Source: Macrostomum lignano (taxonomy: Eukaryota). Taken from it: DNA of 64,000 bases. Below the pieces are notes generated by a model. The model saw only the letters and a program-made list of their open reading frames with translations. It was not told the origin of the DNA and did no database searches. A program made the position numbers and the translations under genes. The stretch covers positions 1 through 64,000 of the forward strand of contig NIVC01001894.1 of the NCBI GenBank assembly GCA_002269645.1, written 5' to 3'. Shown piece after piece: positions 61,801 through 64,000 of this stretch (the first letter of the stretch is position 1; each line of letters starts with the position of its first letter).

Positions 61801-63440
61801 ATCAGGCAGCTGGCCGAGGCCAACCTGCACATCAAAGGCCTGTCTGACAATCTCAATCAGAAAACCGATTTGTACATTAGCCAGCAGACTGAGATTACCC
61901 AGCTGCTGACTAAAAATATCGAATTGGAAAGCAAGATTAAGCGGGTGAGTATTGTTAGGGTTGCTAATCTAGCCTTTGGCAATGTGCTGGGTATAATGGA
62001 TTGCTCATCTGGCCTTTGGCAATGTGCTGGGTATAATGGATTGCTAATCTAGCCTTTGGCAATGTGCTGGGTATAATGGGTTGCTAATCTAGCCTTTGGC
62101 AATGTGCTGGGTATAATGGATTGCTAATCTAGCCTTTGGCAATGTGCTGGGTATAATGGATTGCTAATCTAGCCTTTGGCAATGTGCTGGGTATAATGGA
62201 TTGCTCATCTGGCCTTTGGCAATGTGTTGGGTATAGTGGGTTGCTAATCTAGCCTTTGGCAATGTGCTGGGTATAGTGGATAGCTAATGTAGCGTAAAAT
62301 AGATCAGCTATCGATCTTTTATCGTCAATATGTAAACAGCTTAAAAGTACATAATAGATTTTCGAAATCTATAGTAGTATTTAGCGGATTGCTAATCTAT
62401 TCTGCAATAGTAATGCTACTGGTAGCTGTATGAGCAATTTTAAGAACCAATCAACTCCACAGGTGGCAATGGAGCGCGACCTGCTTGACACCAGGCTAAG
62501 AGAAGCGCAGAATGCTCAACGTGCGCTCACTGGCGAACTGGGCGATCTGCACGATCGCTATGACGAGTGCCTCGGCATGCTGGACGAAGCGCAGCAGGAG
62601 ATTCGCGCGTTAAAAAAGCGCCAAAAATCGTTGCGACTTGGCGCCGCCGGTGCTCATCTATTGGCTCCGCCGTCTGCCGCGGCCGCTACCACCGCCGACG
62701 CTTCCTCTGCGGCCGCTTCCGGGGCCCGCCTGTTGCCGATGCACGCACCGGCTGTGCCGCCGCCGTATGAGCAGAGCCTCATGAGCGAGCTGGAGATGAG
62801 CTCGGCTAGGGTCGGCGGCGATCATCGGATGTGAGCGAGCTTTTGGGGAGTTGCTGGGACTGCTGTTATAAAGTACACGGGGCTCTGATAAAGCTTGTGG
62901 AACTCTATGGAAATTCTAAAGATGTCTTTAGGATTGTCTGATTTGTCGGTAAATAAGTCAATGAGATTCTCTGATTGGTTGGTGAATAAGTCAATGGGAT
63001 TCTCTGATTGGTCGGTGAATAAGTCAATGGGATTCTCTGATTGGTCGGTGAATAAGTCAATGGGATTCTCTGATTGGTCGGTGAATAAGTCAATGGGATT
63101 CTCTGATTAGTCGGTGAATAAGTCAATGGGATTCTCTGATTGGCCAGCAAAGAAGAAGCCAGTAAAATTTGTGCCATCCCACCCTCCGCAGCGCGGACAA
63201 TCTCAAGGCCTTGGAGACGGTCAAGATAGTCAAAAGTGCCGCCGCCCAGAGCCTGCACGGCAGAGCTGGCATCAGGCCGACAGGCGCTGCCGCCGGCATA
63301 GCCCTCACCAGCACTAGCTTAGGCTACGCCACTACTCTCCGCGATCCTGTTGTTGCTATGGCGTCATTGGTTACACCTGGCGACGAGGAGCAGCGCAGCG
63401 GGGCGGCCAGTTCCGGCTATCGAGACGAATGCCTGTCAGA
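55787..63440 (+). CDS. TRAK1: Milton/TRAK (HAP1_N) kinesin-Miro adaptor; multi-exon, continues past the window end
   Basis: Exons 55787-55823, 57559-57866, 58523-58639, 58711-58811, 61629-61944, 62463-62830, 63192-63440, all GT-AG and phase-consistent. Protein contains [69 protein letters not shown], the TRAK/HAP1 signature. The symbol is family-level; orthology to TRAK1 versus TRAK2 is not resolved. Confidence 0.93.
57559..57866 (+). CDS. TRAK1: TRAK exon: HAP1_N start
   Basis: [35 protein letters not shown]. Confidence 0.93.
57969..58395. repeat. ~55-bp minisatellite GTACCCTAGCAACTAAATCGGGG..
   Basis: Tandem units in a TRAK intron. Confidence 0.93.
58523..58639 (+). CDS. TRAK1: TRAK exon
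   Basis: [25 protein letters not shown] donor. Confidence 0.92.
58711..58811 (+). CDS. TRAK1: TRAK exon
   Basis: VAQLRHDLHLKEELLAIY; phase 0 in, 2 out. Confidence 0.9.
58840..59138. repeat. 30-bp minisatellite TCCATTCCCTCTCTGTCACAGGAATAATTA (resumes at 61482-61608 after the PLE)
   Basis: Tandem units split by the Penelope insertion. Confidence 0.95.
59198..59270 (-). ncRNA. Second copy of the hammerhead in the inverted pLTR
   Basis: Reverse complement of 61385-61457. Confidence 0.72.
59566..60062. repeat. 40-bp minisatellite copy inside the PLE insertion
   Basis: 12 units plus a partial unit; same unit as 61953-62280. Confidence 0.95.
60063..61218 (+). CDS. Penelope-like RT (partial) and GIY-YIG endonuclease
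   Basis: YRQIDGCAMGSPLAP, RYVDDTF, LPFLDI, VYRKP, GVVYKF..SYIGKTKR..RVREH; uninterrupted to the stop. The first 26 nt of the tracked ORF (60037-60062) are minisatellite. Confidence 0.9.
61385..61457 (+). ncRNA. Minimal type I hammerhead ribozyme in the Penelope pLTR
   Basis: CUGACGA (61407-13), stem II GUCC/GGAC, GAAA (61433-36), palindromic UGCA stem III, UC cleavage after 61442; AATAAA in the stem I loop. Confidence 0.78.
61629..61944 (+). CDS. TRAK1: TRAK exon: coiled coil
   Basis: LERKVKQLEEENMQLRLE..ERETALVKDCIRQLAEAN..QQTEITQLL. Confidence 0.92.
61953..62280. repeat. 40-bp minisatellite GG(A/G)TTGCTAATCTAGCCTTTGGCAATGTGCTGGGTATAAT
   Basis: 8 units at the 5' end of a TRAK intron. Confidence 0.95.
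62463..62830 (+). CDS. TRAK1: TRAK exon
   Basis: AQRALTGELGDLHDRYDECLGMLDEAQQEIRALK..SLMSELE. Confidence 0.9.
62940..63142. repeat. 33-bp minisatellite GATTCTCTGATTGGTCGGTGAATAAGTCAATGG
   Basis: Tandem units. Confidence 0.93.
63192..63440 (+). CDS. TRAK1: TRAK exon
   Basis: KALETVKIV; CCGCAG acceptor, GTGAGT donor; phase 2 matches the previous exon. Confidence 0.8.
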
Positions 63441-63589
63441 GTGAGTTTTTTAGGGAGGCTGCTTGGGGATCAGCATTCATATTGATGTTGGCTTTGCGCT
63501 GATTGAGATATTCATATTTGTGTCTTCAGGTTTTCTAGTGACGTTTAAGATTTCCAAAAAATGATAATTTCCTTACAAGCTGCACATTC

Positions 63590-64000
63590 CCCTGCAAACT
63601 GCACATTCCCCTAAAAACTGAACATTCCCCTGAAGACTGCACATTCCCTGAGCTGTAGATTCTTCAAATTGCACATTCCCTGAGCTGAACATTCTTCAAA
63701 ATGCACATTCCCTAGCTGAACATTCTTCAAACTACACATTAACTGAGCTGAACATTCTTTAAACTACACATTCCCTGAGCTGAACATTCTTCAAACTACA
63801 CATTCCCTGAGCTGAACATTCTTCAAACTACACATTAACTGAGCTGAACATTCTTTAAACTACACATTCCCTGAGCTGAACATTCTTTAAACTACACATT
63901 CCCTAGCTGAACATTCTTCAAACTACACATTAACTGAGCTGAACATTCTTTAAACTACACATTCCCTGAGCTGAACATTCTTCAAAATGCACATTCCCTA
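63590..64000. repeat. ~32-bp minisatellite CTGAGCTGAACATTCTTCAAACTACACATTCC
   Basis: Tandem units running to the window end. Confidence 0.93.

Overview
Eukaryotic (metazoan, spliceosomal-intron) genomic DNA. GC-rich Gln/Ala-rich exons in minisatellite-packed introns resemble Macrostomum-type flatworm assemblies (inference). Two host genes are reconstructed by hand with phase-consistent GT-AG junctions. (1) A 15-exon, ~1640-aa RIM/Piccolo/Fife-family active-zone scaffold on the minus strand (32617->707): Rab-binding helix, Zn finger, PDZ, C2A and a frameshifted C2B. (2) A Milton/TRAK (HAP1_N) adaptor on the plus strand (55787->beyond the window end). Mobile DNA includes an Ingi-like non-LTR element with a 2A peptide and two PHD fingers, several LOA-like non-LTR pieces, a Ty3/Gypsy remnant, a Penelope-like element with hammerhead ribozymes and a hAT-like MITE. 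The most unusual features are four. First, a ~2.6 kb repeated module ending in a Helitron-like hairpin carries an intronless secreted Cys-rich ORF (IL-17/cystine-knot-like) in three near-identical copies. Second, reciprocal junctions imply integration of a 6.4 kb circular DNA carrying one of these copies. Third, the Penelope insertion carries a copy of the 5' end of the next intron of its host gene. Fourth, intronic minisatellites amplify splice-site sequences. Most ORFs in the supplied track are repeat artefacts. All homology calls are by eye; no searches were run.
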